A DNA stretch of 64,000 nucleotides from Candidatus Levyibacteriota bacterium (GCA_963790825.1 CAWBPM010000002.1:686980-750979), one strand, 5' to 3'; counted from the stretch's first letter, positions 32,081 to 42,310 are shown. Numbers and translations are program-made. Notes: generated from the letters alone by a model not told the origin.

Positions 32081-33247
32081 ATGGACCCAGAAACTAATAG
32101 CCAAACACCTATTCAACCGCCACCAATCCCTCCCCTAACTCCTTCCCAAACAACGCCAGTTACGCCTGTTAAAGAACCAACTCTGATAAAAATTATCGCA
32201 GGTATATATGCGGTATTCGGTGCCCTAGGTATTCTTTTTTCACTTCTTCTTATAATCTATATTATTTTTGTCTATTCACAGTCCGACAATGTTTCGCCCT
32301 TTACGACTCCGGCGATTGCTGTTATGTACGAATTGCCGATCTTATCCTCGCTTTTTATTATCTGGTCAATCTTGACAATGTTGTCTCTGATCGCATTATC
32401 AGTCAGCAGTTTGAAAATTTCGTCCGCTCTTCACAAGTTAGAAATTCAAGGATACAAAACAGCTATGCTTCTTCTTGCAATCGGTATTTTCAATATCGTT
32501 TTTCAGACAATATCGGAAGTAGTAATGATAAACTCCCCTTCAATAAGCATTTTTACCAATGGAGGCATTGTGATTTTTTGGCTCGCCATATTCTTCCTAC
32601 TCAAATCACAACGTTCTTTCTTTATAAATATAAATCCAAAAAGTCATTTATTCAAGTACAATATTGTTCTGCAAATCATTATAACTTTACTTCTTATAGT
32701 GTTTCCATTTCTTGCTTACCATACTACTTCTCCGGAGGGTCCGATTCCTGTAATTCCTGAACAGAGTTTTGATACCAACACGCCGACACCGGAAGCAAAA
32801 ATATCTTTGTGGCAGAACTATGCAAACACAGAATATCATTTTTCGATTGCAATTCCACAAGGATGGTACACCAAAATTTATCCTGATGTGTATACCCCTG
32901 AAAAAAAGACCCTCGTTTTTAGTCAGCAATCACTGCCGCAAAATCTTATTAATGTAGCTGATAAGCAAAAGATATACCAACTCACTGTCTTCCCTGTTTC
33001 TGACACTGATGATTATGTTAATTATAAAAACGCTCAAGGTTCGGTTGGAGAGTTTAATAAGAAAGGAACGTTAGATAACGTTTCCGCCGTGATCCAAGAT
33101 AATATTAGCGAATACCATATTGAAGCGGAATATAAAGGGAATGTTTTTGATTTGTGGCTGCAGGATTCCGCAGACCCAAATGCAGACCATTACGTTCTAA
33201 CAGATATAGATAACCATCTTGTTTCTTCATTTAAATTTACAAATTGA
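32081..33247 (+). CDS. Multi-TM protein with C-terminal PsbP-like domain
   Basis: Several TM segments; WQNYANTEYHFSIAIPQGW...VSSFKFTN. Confidence 0.65.
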   Translation: MDPETNSQTPIQPPPIPPLTPSQTTPVTPVKEPTLIKIIAGIYAVFGALGILFSLLLIIYIIFVYSQSDNVSPFTTPAIAVMYELPILSSLFIIWSILTMLSLIALSVSSLKISSALHKLEIQGYKTAMLLLAIGIFNIVFQTISEVVMINSPSISIFTNGGIVIFWLAIFFLLKSQRSFFININPKSHLFKYNIVLQIIITLLLIVFPFLAYHTTSPEGPIPVIPEQSFDTNTPTPEAKISLWQNYANTEYHFSIAIPQGWYTKIYPDVYTPEKKTLVFSQQSLPQNLINVADKQKIYQLTVFPVSDTDDYVNYKNAQGSVGEFNKKGTLDNVSAVIQDNISEYHIEAEYKGNVFDLWLQDSADPNADHYVLTDIDNHLVSSFKFTN

Positions 33248-33284
33248 TTAAGTAAAAGTCTCTCTTTTTATTTCCATAATATAT

Positions 33285-34028
33285 TTAGATTTTACCCGCC
33301 AAATACTTCTTTCGTTCTTCTTCCGGAAACCTCTCAATTGCATAACGCAAAGCCGTTCTTGGCATAGTTCTATATCGTGTTTTTAAAAATGCTTCCTCTT
33401 TTTCCTGAGAAACCCGCTTTCCTACTTCTCTCAGCATCCAGCCAACTGCTTTCTGGATGAGATCATGCTTGTCTTGCAACAATATGTCAGCAATTGCAAA
33501 AGTAATGTCAAACTGCCCCCTCTTAATAAATGCGAACGTTGCAATCATTGCAATTCTTTTCTCCCAAATATTTTTTGAATTAGCAAGTCGGAGTAATGTG
33601 TCATTACGAAGATGACCACTCGAGTGGACAGACGCGGAAATCTTATACAAATATTCTCCGACAATTTTATCAGCCGAGAGATCCACCAAATCCCAATTAT
33701 TAATATACTTCGTATGAGCCAAATAAAAGTCAAGGATCTCTTTTTGTTTATCCTCCGAAGCTTTAGCGAAGGAGGAAAATTGATAAATAAGAATCAAAAG
33801 TGCAATCAGCCGTTCTTCATGAAATTTCGACCGAAGCAAATCTTTAATATCCACCAAAGATAAATCTTTGTATTTTGATGCGATTTTTCGCGACTCTGGA
33901 ACGGTAATGCCGAGAAATATGTCGCCTTCAGCGTACTCACCCTTTTTTGTTTTAAAAAATCCGGCCAGAAATCTGGCTTTTTCAGGATTTGACGCTTTTT
34001 GAACCGCTTCTCGTATTTTTGTAGGCAT
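33285..34028 (-). CDS. DNA alkylation repair protein (AlkD-like) with two palindromic inserts
   Basis: FFKTKKGEYAEGDIFLG, NNWDLVD, KAVGWMLRE, MPRTALRYAIE. Confidence 0.92.
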   Translation of the reverse strand: MPTKIREAVQKASNPEKARFLAGFFKTKKGEYAEGDIFLGITVPESRKIASKYKDLSLVDIKDLLRSKFHEERLIALLILIYQFSSFAKASEDKQKEILDFYLAHTKYINNWDLVDLSADKIVGEYLYKISASVHSSGHLRNDTLLRLANSKNIWEKRIAMIATFAFIKRGQFDITFAIADILLQDKHDLIQKAVGWMLREVGKRVSQEKEEAFLKTRYRTMPRTALRYAIERFPEEERKKYLAGKI

Positions 34029-34074
34029 AAACAGATTATTACTTATTATTCTACTAAAGAACTAGGAAAAAAGA

Positions 34075-35154
34075 TTACGTGAGAGAAGTTTTTAGCTCTC
34101 GATTCTTTTGCTTATTTTCAATCGCCAAATCAATAAGTCTGGAAATAAGTGCTGGATAGGAAATACCGCTTGCTTGCCAAAGCTTAGGATACATACTGAT
34201 ATTAGTAAATCCGGGAATTGTGTTAACCTCATTAACAAAAATCTTATTTGTCTTGGTTAGAAAAAAGTCAACTCTTGCCATACCTGAACAACATAATACT
34301 TGAAATGCCCGTATAGCTAAGTTCTGAATGTTTTTCTTTATTCCATGGGTTACATTGGCCGGGATAATAACTTCCGCTCCTTGCGGATCAAGATATTTTG
34401 CTTCATATGAATAGAACTCGTGATGCGGAATTATTTCTCCAATCTCCGATGCTTGAGGATTGTCATTCCCGAGTATGGCACACTCAATTTCCCGACCCAT
34501 TATCGCCTGTTCAATAAGTATTTTTGTGTCATATAAGAATGCTGTTTTTAAAGCTTGGACAAATAACTTTTGTGAGATAACTTTCGAAATACCAACCGAT
34601 GATCCAAGATTGGCGGGTTTAATAAAAAGCGTATTACCCAATCTTCTACTGATATTGGCGTATGTTAACTTTTCAGCCTCAGCTTGTCTGATGACGAGAT
34701 AATTCGCAATTGGTATTCTAGCTTCTTTTAACAGTCGCTTCATCACATCTTTATCCATTCCAACTGCTGACGCCAATACGTCAGAACCGACAAACGGAAT
34801 ACCGGCAAGTTTCAATAAGCCTTGTACTGTTCCGTCTTCTCCATACGGACCGTGAAGTATAGGGAAAACAACATCTAGATGTGCCAGATCCAAAGAAGCA
34901 GGTACAAGAGAGTTGTCAGTATTTATGAGTTGTGTTTCTCGAGGAGAGATAGGTAAAACGAGATTTATTTTTTCTCCAAGGACTGCAGACTTTTGGTTAA
35001 ATTGCCAAATACCCTCTTTAGTGATTTTAATAAGCACCGGTTCATATTTATCTTCATCTAACGCTTCCAGCACGTTTTTAGCAGATTGAAGAGAAACTTC
35101 ATGCTCAGCCGACCTGCCGCCAAAAATAATTCCCACCTTAATTTTTTTGGCCAT
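34075..35154 (-). CDS. ddl: D-alanine--D-alanine ligase
   Basis: GGRSAEHEVS, HGPYGEDG, KPANLGSSVG, NEVNTIPG, SMYP. Confidence 0.97.
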   Translation of the reverse strand: MAKKIKVGIIFGGRSAEHEVSLQSAKNVLEALDEDKYEPVLIKITKEGIWQFNQKSAVLGEKINLVLPISPRETQLINTDNSLVPASLDLAHLDVVFPILHGPYGEDGTVQGLLKLAGIPFVGSDVLASAVGMDKDVMKRLLKEARIPIANYLVIRQAEAEKLTYANISRRLGNTLFIKPANLGSSVGISKVISQKLFVQALKTAFLYDTKILIEQAIMGREIECAILGNDNPQASEIGEIIPHHEFYSYEAKYLDPQGAEVIIPANVTHGIKKNIQNLAIRAFQVLCCSGMARVDFFLTKTNKIFVNEVNTIPGFTNISMYPKLWQASGISYPALISRLIDLAIENKQKNRELKTSLT

Positions 35155-35245
35155 AAATCCAGTCCATTATAACAAATTTATGTCAACATAATAAAAGTAG
35201 AATAGTAGACAGTTAACTTTTATTAGGTTAAGATTAAAATGAAGT

Positions 35246-36904
35246 ATGCAACTACTTATTATCTGCATCATCTTTATCCTTTCTTCCGCATACGTTCTTC
35301 TCCTTGATCATTTATCTTTGTCACTTGAATTACTGCAGCGGGCACTCGTACTGCCAATTATCATTTCCCTACTGGCCTTCTATTACTTCTATGTTCGAAA
35401 CCTATGGAAAGAGTTTTTTAATTCATACGAAAAATGGCCGCTTTTATTCCTTGGTTCATTTCTCATACAATTGCTCATCATCGCAACAGGTGGAATAAAC
35501 AGTCCATTTTTCATTTTGGTCTATTTGTTTATGATTGGACTAAGTTTTATTTTTAGTTTCTCGGTTGCTTTAATTTTTTCACTAATAACCTTTTTACTTA
35601 TCTTTTTCGATATCTCCTTTCATCAGAATGTATTCCATTTCATTGTCGGTAACCCGAGAATAACTATTTTACAATTAGTTGCTCTACTTACCAGTATGCC
35701 TATTGCCTATATTGTTTCCTATAAATACCACGTTAAAGATTGGTTTTTTACGATGTTAGAAACGAAAGTTGCGACCGACGAGGCAATTTTAGCAAGTCTT
35801 AATGAATTAATTATTGTAACCGATCTTAAGTTGCATATTATTTCTGTCAACGACACGGTAGAGCGAGCAATGCTTAAATCACGATCAGAGCTTTTATACA
35901 AACCGGTTTTTGATGAATTTTTATTTAAAGACAAAAAAGGTAGATTTGTAACTAAAGAAACATTTTTTTCTGAAGGAAATACATCCTTACAACCAAAGAT
36001 AATAAATGATGTATTTACACTCTTCGGTTCCGTGACTTCAGACAGAGAAGTAACTATCCGAGTTCAAAAAACAAAAGAACTAGAATCGAATATGAATCAG
36101 ATTAGTTTTATTATTTCCTTTACGAAGAGACCTATCACAGCTAGTATGACAACTGTGTTAAAAAAGGCTAGAATGAAGTATGAAGCGATGAACGAAAATC
36201 TAAAAAAACGCTTAAAGGAGGAAAAGCTTTATGATATTAGGACGCAAATAATTTTATTAGAAAAAATTGAAAGTGATATTTATAATGTTAATACCGCTAA
36301 AGAACAGCTAAAAACAGTGCACATTTCCAAGATTGATGTAACGAAATTGTGCAAACACGCAGTAATTTTAGAGCATGATTTTGCTCATTCTTTTCATGTA
36401 GCAATCGATTTTGAACTATGTAATTTTGGCGTTAAAGATATTGCGCCTCTCGTAACAAAAGGTTTTTCGATCAAACCCGAAGATTGGACGGGACCATTTT
36501 TTACAGTTGCCTGTGATATGGAACGTGTTGAAATAGTTATAAAAAAATTATTAGATATGGCTGTATTTCTTGCTTCAACTCAAAAGAATCCGAAAATACT
36601 TTTGCAAGTTGAAAGAGAGAGAAAAGACACAATTGTTATAAAAGTTGTCGGCGATTGCCCGGTGATAAATAACACCGACATAGCTGAAATATTTAAACCT
36701 TACTACGGGGCACTATACGAAAAAAGTAATCTACATTTAGGATCAGGACTTGAAGGGTATTTGGTAAAAACCATCTGCGACATTTTGGCTATTCCGATTA
36801 ATGTTAATGTGGCGCAAAATAATCTTACTTTACCTAAGATAACTTTTTCATTACCTATCAAAAAACTTCCCTCAAAAAACAGCGTCTTATTTTCCCCAAG
36901 GTAA
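35246..36904 (+). CDS. Membrane PAS-domain protein with degenerate histidine-kinase ATPase domain
   Basis: TGGINSPF membrane region, PAS-like IIVTD...VN, IFKPYY...GSGLEGY; no H-box seen. Confidence 0.65.
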   Translation: MQLLIICIIFILSSAYVLLLDHLSLSLELLQRALVLPIIISLLAFYYFYVRNLWKEFFNSYEKWPLLFLGSFLIQLLIIATGGINSPFFILVYLFMIGLSFIFSFSVALIFSLITFLLIFFDISFHQNVFHFIVGNPRITILQLVALLTSMPIAYIVSYKYHVKDWFFTMLETKVATDEAILASLNELIIVTDLKLHIISVNDTVERAMLKSRSELLYKPVFDEFLFKDKKGRFVTKETFFSEGNTSLQPKIINDVFTLFGSVTSDREVTIRVQKTKELESNMNQISFIISFTKRPITASMTTVLKKARMKYEAMNENLKKRLKEEKLYDIRTQIILLEKIESDIYNVNTAKEQLKTVHISKIDVTKLCKHAVILEHDFAHSFHVAIDFELCNFGVKDIAPLVTKGFSIKPEDWTGPFFTVACDMERVEIVIKKLLDMAVFLASTQKNPKILLQVERERKDTIVIKVVGDCPVINNTDIAEIFKPYYGALYEKSNLHLGSGLEGYLVKTICDILAIPINVNVAQNNLTLPKITFSLPIKKLPSKNSVLFSPR

Positions 36905-36997
36905 AGTTATTGCTAAGGCAATATAAACAAGTACACCTAAAGCAGTAAGCAGTATGGCAATCATTATCTGCCTATTCTTTTTATTATCAGAATCCAT
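36887..36997 (-). CDS. 36-aa small membrane protein (not in ORF track)
   Basis: MDSDNKKNRQIMIAILLTALGVLVYIALAITLPWGK; TACAAT-N6-ATG. Confidence 0.5.
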   Translation of the reverse strand: MDSDNKKNRQIMIAILLTALGVLVYIALAITLPWGK

Positions 36998-37065
36998 AAC
37001 TATATTGTAGAGATATTCTTTGACTAAAACTATAAGTGAAATAGAACAATTTCTACTTTTAAAAC

Positions 37066-38493
37066 TTATGCAGCTTGAGAGAAAATTACCGTTTCTTTTG
37101 GAAGTCTTTTACTAAGGAGAACACCAATCATATCTACCCCTGTTTTTCCGGGATGAACAGGGTCTGGCATTTTAGCCATTTCCGCTATATATACATCTCT
37201 AACTTTTTTAGCTTGTTCAGTCAATCCTGCATCTTTCAAGTGTAGTAACGTCTCTTGTACTTTTAACATATTTCCTAATCCGACAGCCCATGGATCTGGG
37301 AAAAAAGTTCCACAGCTAGTCACTCCCGCCTCACTTGTTGCTTTCGCACTAAGCAGAGAACTTGTGGTAGCATCTTTATATATTTGTTTTTTTCCAGGAT
37401 TAGCCAATAAGTCTCCAAAGTTGTCTGACATTGTTTCAACTAACTCATCATCTGACATTGCCAATTGGTCTTTTATAATGCCTGTAATCATCCCATTAAC
37501 CAAGTGATGCGCCCGGTAAAATGGCTCTTTCCATCTTGAGTCGCCACCAGTACACCCACATCCCCCATGCCACCTCACCAGATCGCCATGTGGGCAACTC
37601 CACGCAGTTCGTTCATTTAGCCGGCCACTGGCGACATTGTCCAGTTTCAATTCATTTATTGAAATAGGAGTGATTCCCCGTCTGGGAAGTGATTCATACA
37701 ATAAATATCTCAAAAATTCGTCTCCTTGCTCCCAGTGAAGTCCAAATGTTTCTCCGTCGGTCCAAATAATTGGCTTATTGTGTGGATCAATAAAATTATA
37801 TTTCCAGGCAATCGATGCATCGGCAAAGAAATCTGCATTCGATTTATCCTTAAGACCAATATCACGTGACATAAGCCCATCAAATGGAAGAGCAATGATT
37901 CCCTTGCCTTCTTTGCCTTCTTCGTCGACTAATTTCAACCGTGTCGGTTGGTCATCCGCAGACCTACCATTTTCTAATTGTATTTGTTCCGGCGCACAAA
38001 GCACTCCTTCATAATACTGAGCTAAATTATATGCGAATCGAGTATTTAAGGCTGTTTCCGGTACCCAAACAAATCGTGCCGCATGATTACCGGCATCTTT
38101 TTCAAATTGCTTATAACCGGCTGCGATATTAATCCGCTGATCCAAATCTGACAAATCAGGGCCTAGTGCATGAATATAGGGCGTTGCCACCCCATTAGCA
38201 GCCATAGAGCTTTGGATGATTTTTCTCGTCTCGCGAATTTCATCTGCCCGATCAGGGTATGCAGCAATCATGCGGTCAAATTCATGATGACCTAATGTCG
38301 GCTGGAGATCAAAAGAAGTTTTTGGATATAGCTTTTTCCTGGCACGAGGAGCATATGATTTATCATGTGCTAGTAATGTCCAATCTACCTGCGGGTCCGC
38401 AGGATCAGTATAGACATTTTCTACGCCATTATGCGTGCCAGCCCTAGAAGGCTGATAGTCATGTACTCCAATAACAATTTGACGCTCTGGCAT
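37066..38493 (-). CDS. Glycoside hydrolase family 57-like (DUF3536-type)
   Basis: HDYQP, WVPETA, TDGETFGLH, WSCPHG, TSCGTFF. Confidence 0.8.
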   Translation of the reverse strand: MPERQIVIGVHDYQPSRAGTHNGVENVYTDPADPQVDWTLLAHDKSYAPRARKKLYPKTSFDLQPTLGHHEFDRMIAAYPDRADEIRETRKIIQSSMAANGVATPYIHALGPDLSDLDQRINIAAGYKQFEKDAGNHAARFVWVPETALNTRFAYNLAQYYEGVLCAPEQIQLENGRSADDQPTRLKLVDEEGKEGKGIIALPFDGLMSRDIGLKDKSNADFFADASIAWKYNFIDPHNKPIIWTDGETFGLHWEQGDEFLRYLLYESLPRRGITPISINELKLDNVASGRLNERTAWSCPHGDLVRWHGGCGCTGGDSRWKEPFYRAHHLVNGMITGIIKDQLAMSDDELVETMSDNFGDLLANPGKKQIYKDATTSSLLSAKATSEAGVTSCGTFFPDPWAVGLGNMLKVQETLLHLKDAGLTEQAKKVRDVYIAEMAKMPDPVHPGKTGVDMIGVLLSKRLPKETVIFSQAA

Positions 38494-39118
38494 AATATTA
38501 TTTCCTTAGATAAGGAAATAATAAGGAAATTCATACTGCTCTTACTGTTCATGGCAGATTTACTATTCCTCAAGCAAGAGTTTTTATAGTGACCTCAACT
38601 ATACTACCTTAATGCTAACATGAAGACATAGAACTGTCAATCGTATTTCCGAGCTTTCTACGTCTCTACTATTATTAGCTCGACAAGGATCCACGAGTCA
38701 AAAATTGAACATATATCTCTTCTGTGCTACAATCCTGTAGTGTTTTTTAGTAACAATAATATATTAAATCTTACTTGTCCGGTCTGTATCCGGTTGGCTT
38801 TTTACGGAGTAGCAATTATTACTATCCTAGTACTTTCTCTTAGCGGAAAACAATTATTAAGTCCGCAGATAGATCTTCGTAGCGTAAAAATCATTCCATC
38901 TATTCATAAAAAAGGTATTCTCGAGACAGATAAAATCTCCCAGATTTCTGCATCTTTTCATATGGTTCCCGAAATTGATGCTGAAGTACTCTTTGCCAAG
39001 CCGTCCCCCATCCTCATCCCTATTTTTACTGCATCATACAAGTAATCATTGTTGCCAGATATGCAAAAAATAGATGCTAATGGGTTTATTTTACAAAGCC
39101 ATTTGAGGTAGACTAGAA

Positions 39119-39733
39119 CTACGTTTGATATTCGAGCTTTTTTGCTTGTTCCAGCCACATAAAATATCTTCTGACTGCGGCACATTTTCTGTTAATTGAT
39201 GAAAAGGAATATACTTGTTGTTTTACCAGATAATCTTCATATGAGGCAATAACATTGTCGCTGATATAATTCAGGAGGTAAAAATGAATTGCCGAACCTT
39301 TGTAGGAAGTTCCCATTTTGGTAATCCATTTCAGAAATTGCCGCACATCAATACAATAATATTTAATGGTCAAATTCGACGCGTTATATACTTTCAGATA
39401 ATAAGCAAATTCATCCATTTCCGCAAAATCTTTTTTTTGCGGTTTTGCATAAAGAGAGGTAATTATATTATGTTTGACCATTCCTTCTTCCTGTAGGTAT
39501 TGAAAAAACCTTCGCAAAGAGGAAATATGCCGATTCAGAGAAAGCTGCGAAAGTTTTTTAGTTTTTAAGTATTGTTTAATATGTTCCTGTGAAATTTTTT
39601 TAGGCGAAAAAGATGTATGACTCGTATTCTCATACCAATGGATAAATTGCGCTACATCGGCAAGATAATTTTTAACTGTTAATTTAGAAAGCTTTTGCTT
39701 AATGAGTAAATAAATACGAAACTGTTGTGTCAT
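39119..39733 (-). CDS. Tandem integrase N-terminal SAM-like domains, no catalytic domain
   Basis: Two units: LSKLTVKNYLADVAQF...LNRHISSLRRFF and SNLTIKYYCIDVRQF...INRKCAAVRRYF. Confidence 0.8.
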   Translation of the reverse strand: MTQQFRIYLLIKQKLSKLTVKNYLADVAQFIHWYENTSHTSFSPKKISQEHIKQYLKTKKLSQLSLNRHISSLRRFFQYLQEEGMVKHNIITSLYAKPQKKDFAEMDEFAYYLKVYNASNLTIKYYCIDVRQFLKWITKMGTSYKGSAIHFYLLNYISDNVIASYEDYLVKQQVYSFSSINRKCAAVRRYFMWLEQAKKLEYQT

Positions 39734-39819
39734 GATAAATTCCTAATATTAATATAGTCTGACACAACGGAAAAAATTTTTCAAGATAGGTAAATTATTA
39801 ATAAGAAGTATTAAAGAAT

Positions 39820-40449
39820 CTATAAAGCGGTAAGTGCGAAAATTCCCATGGAGATTCCCAGAATCGTACCGCCGATAACATCCGATGTCCAGTGTTCTCC
39901 TAAATAAACCCGCGAAACAAGCATAGTAAAATCATAGAGAATAAGAATAACAAGAAGTAGTATCTTTATTTGAAAGGATACTTTTTTTAAGCGCCAAATA
40001 ATAACTCCCAATATAATCGATAAAAATAGTGTCCGCGCGCTGTGTCCCGACGGATAAGAAAAATCAGCTGAAACATATAGTTGAGGAAAATTTACCAGGC
40101 TTTCTGTTCGCAGCATAAAATGCGGCGGCGGCGGATGGTCAACAAATAATTTACCGAAAATTTCAAACAAATGAAAAAAACCAAAAAGAAAAAGGATCCA
40201 GAAACTTCGCCATTTCCGAAGAAATATAAGTATTATTGCAGTAAGCAGAACTGCTGATGTTTCAAAATTGCCTAAAATACTAAAAAAAGAAAAAATACCG
40301 TCAAACCGCCTGTTAATATGGTCCTGTAACCGAACGGTTGTATTAAAATCAAGACTCGTAAAAAGATTCCTGTGAACTAAAAATGAGAAAAGAAGAAAGA
40401 TTAGAAAAAAACCTACTGCTCCGAGAATTATTTGCCAGCGTTTTTTCAT
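39820..40449 (-). CDS. PAP2-family phosphatase
   Basis: SYPSGH, SRVYLGEHWTSDVIGG. Confidence 0.92.
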   Translation of the reverse strand: MKKRWQIILGAVGFFLIFLLFSFLVHRNLFTSLDFNTTVRLQDHINRRFDGIFSFFSILGNFETSAVLLTAIILIFLRKWRSFWILFLFGFFHLFEIFGKLFVDHPPPPHFMLRTESLVNFPQLYVSADFSYPSGHSARTLFLSIILGVIIWRLKKVSFQIKILLLVILILYDFTMLVSRVYLGEHWTSDVIGGTILGISMGIFALTAL

Positions 40450-40501
40450 TAATTAATCATAGCATGGAAACAGATTTTATTCCAAGAAGAAGCATGAGTT
40501 C

Positions 40502-41398
40502 TTATTTAATCTTTAGCTCTTTGAGGTATTTTTTGAAATCCTGGCTAAGTTCTGGATGATCCATACCAAACTCAACAACAGTCTTTAAATATTCAAGCTT
40601 ATTACCGGTATCATAATACTTTCCACCTTTAATCTTACTCGCAAGAACGTGTTTTTTGTCAGCCAGCATTAATTTAAGCGCATCATTATAGTACAGCTCT
40701 TCGCCCGGCTTGAGATTTGCCAGAGCCTGATCTAAGTAATTAAAAATATCGGGTGTAAAAATAGAACCTGAAACATTTGCCAGATTTGACGGTGCGTTTT
40801 CTTTTCCCGGCTTTTCAATAAGTGTTTCAACGTCAATCAGCCCTTCCCTCAGCTCTTTCCCGCCTGCTATTCCATATCGATCATAATCTTCGTCCTTCGT
40901 CACCTCAATACTCCCAAGTACCGACCAACCATACTCTTCGTAAACTTCAATTAATTGCTGAAAGCGGGATTTAGGTGTTGCTTTAATAAAATCGTCACTC
41001 CAAGTATAGATAAATGGCTCATCTCCGACGATTTGTCTGACATTCAGAAGCGGCGTACCATTACCATACGGGCCTTTTTGCCGGACATAGACGAAGTTGG
41101 CCATATTTGCTATTTTTTCAGTCTGTTCAAGAAGCGGCTTTTTCTTCTCTCCACCCATTCGCAGATTCTCAACCAGTTCCAGACTTGGACGGTCAAAATG
41201 ATCTTCGATTGAGCGCTTGTGATATCCAGTAACAATAATAATGTCTTCAATACCGGCATTTACCAGCTCTTCAACGATATACTGAATGATAGGCTTATCG
41301 ACAATCGGCAGCATTTCTTTAGGCATGGCTTTCGTTTGCGGAAGGAAACGTGTTCCAAAACCAGCGGCGGGAATCACAGCTTTTCTTATTTTTTTCAT
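40502..41398 (-). CDS. galU: UTP--glucose-1-phosphate uridylyltransferase
   Basis: KAVIPAAGFGTRFLPQTKAMPKEMLPIVDKP. Confidence 0.93.
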   Translation of the reverse strand: MKKIRKAVIPAAGFGTRFLPQTKAMPKEMLPIVDKPIIQYIVEELVNAGIEDIIIVTGYHKRSIEDHFDRPSLELVENLRMGGEKKKPLLEQTEKIANMANFVYVRQKGPYGNGTPLLNVRQIVGDEPFIYTWSDDFIKATPKSRFQQLIEVYEEYGWSVLGSIEVTKDEDYDRYGIAGGKELREGLIDVETLIEKPGKENAPSNLANVSGSIFTPDIFNYLDQALANLKPGEELYYNDALKLMLADKKHVLASKIKGGKYYDTGNKLEYLKTVVEFGMDHPELSQDFKKYLKELKIK

Positions 41399-41546
41399 AT
41401 TATAAATACTATAAGTTGATATTAATTATATCTCATTTATTATCTGATAGCAATACTTTACACAGGATTGGTAATCTGATAAAATGTTCCAACTACTCCT
41501 AAGTTGTGGAGTAGATTTTTAGTGAACATTAAAAGTAAGATTATAT

Positions 41547-41738
41547 ATGACAACACCTCAGAAATTTTTACTAGAAGCGCGTGATGAGCTGAGAAAAGTT
41601 GTCTGGCCGACACGAGCAGAAATTATCAGACTAACATTGGTTGTTCTAACTATTAGTCTTTTGGTCGGTCTTTATATCGGCGTGTTGGATTATGTATTTG
41701 CAAAAATTGTAGAATTTATTATTAGTTTAAGAAAATAA
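41547..41738 (+). CDS. secE: Preprotein translocase SecE
   Basis: ELRKVVWPTR plus TM; precedes nusG. Confidence 0.95.
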   Translation: MTTPQKFLLEARDELRKVVWPTRAEIIRLTLVVLTISLLVGLYIGVLDYVFAKIVEFIISLRK

Positions 41739-41739
41739 T

Positions 41740-42306
41740 ATGGATCAAGTAGCAGTAAAAGAAGAAAAGAACATTAATTCGGAAAACGGTAAATGGTATA
41801 TCGTACACACGTATGCCGGACATGAAAATAAAGTGGCCAAAAACCTCATGCAGCGGGTTGAATCCATGGGTTTTGAAGAGAGAATTTTTGAGGTAATCGT
41901 CCCGACACGTAATACTATTAAAGTAACACAAGGCAAGAAAGAAACTGTTAAAGAGAAAATTTTTCCTGGCTACGTTCTCATTAAAATGATTTTGAATGAT
42001 GAATCCTGGCTGCTGGTTCGAAGCACTCAAGGTGTTACTGCTTTTATCGGTGCAGCCAATAAGCCAACACCGATTTCTGAGAAAGAAGTTGAGGCGATCC
42101 AAAAGTTTATGCAAATGGAAGAGCCGCTCTACAAAGCAGCTTTCTCTATGGGTGAGGCAGTAAAGATCACAGACGGTCCGTTTGCCGATTTTTTAGGAAC
42201 AATTGATAATATTGACGAGGCGCGCGGAAAACTGCGCGTTTTAGTTAGTATCTTTGGTCGTGAGACACCGGTCGAGCTTGATTTTTTACAAGTTAAAAAA
42301 ATCTAA
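41740..42306 (+). CDS. nusG: Transcription factor NusG
   Basis: WYIVHTYAGHE, FPGYVL, GPFADF, IFGRETPVEL. Confidence 0.97.
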   Translation: MDQVAVKEEKNINSENGKWYIVHTYAGHENKVAKNLMQRVESMGFEERIFEVIVPTRNTIKVTQGKKETVKEKIFPGYVLIKMILNDESWLLVRSTQGVTAFIGAANKPTPISEKEVEAIQKFMQMEEPLYKAAFSMGEAVKITDGPFADFLGTIDNIDEARGKLRVLVSIFGRETPVELDFLQVKKI

Positions 42307-42310
42307 ATAT

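Noticed and set aside
38740-39045. 101-aa GTG-start ORF
   Set aside because: No recognisable motif; could be a real small membrane protein but support is too weak to call
26674-41546. Integrated prophage or island at tRNA-Trp
   Set aside because: No att duplication, catalytic integrase or phage genes seen; the block includes housekeeping genes ddl and galU
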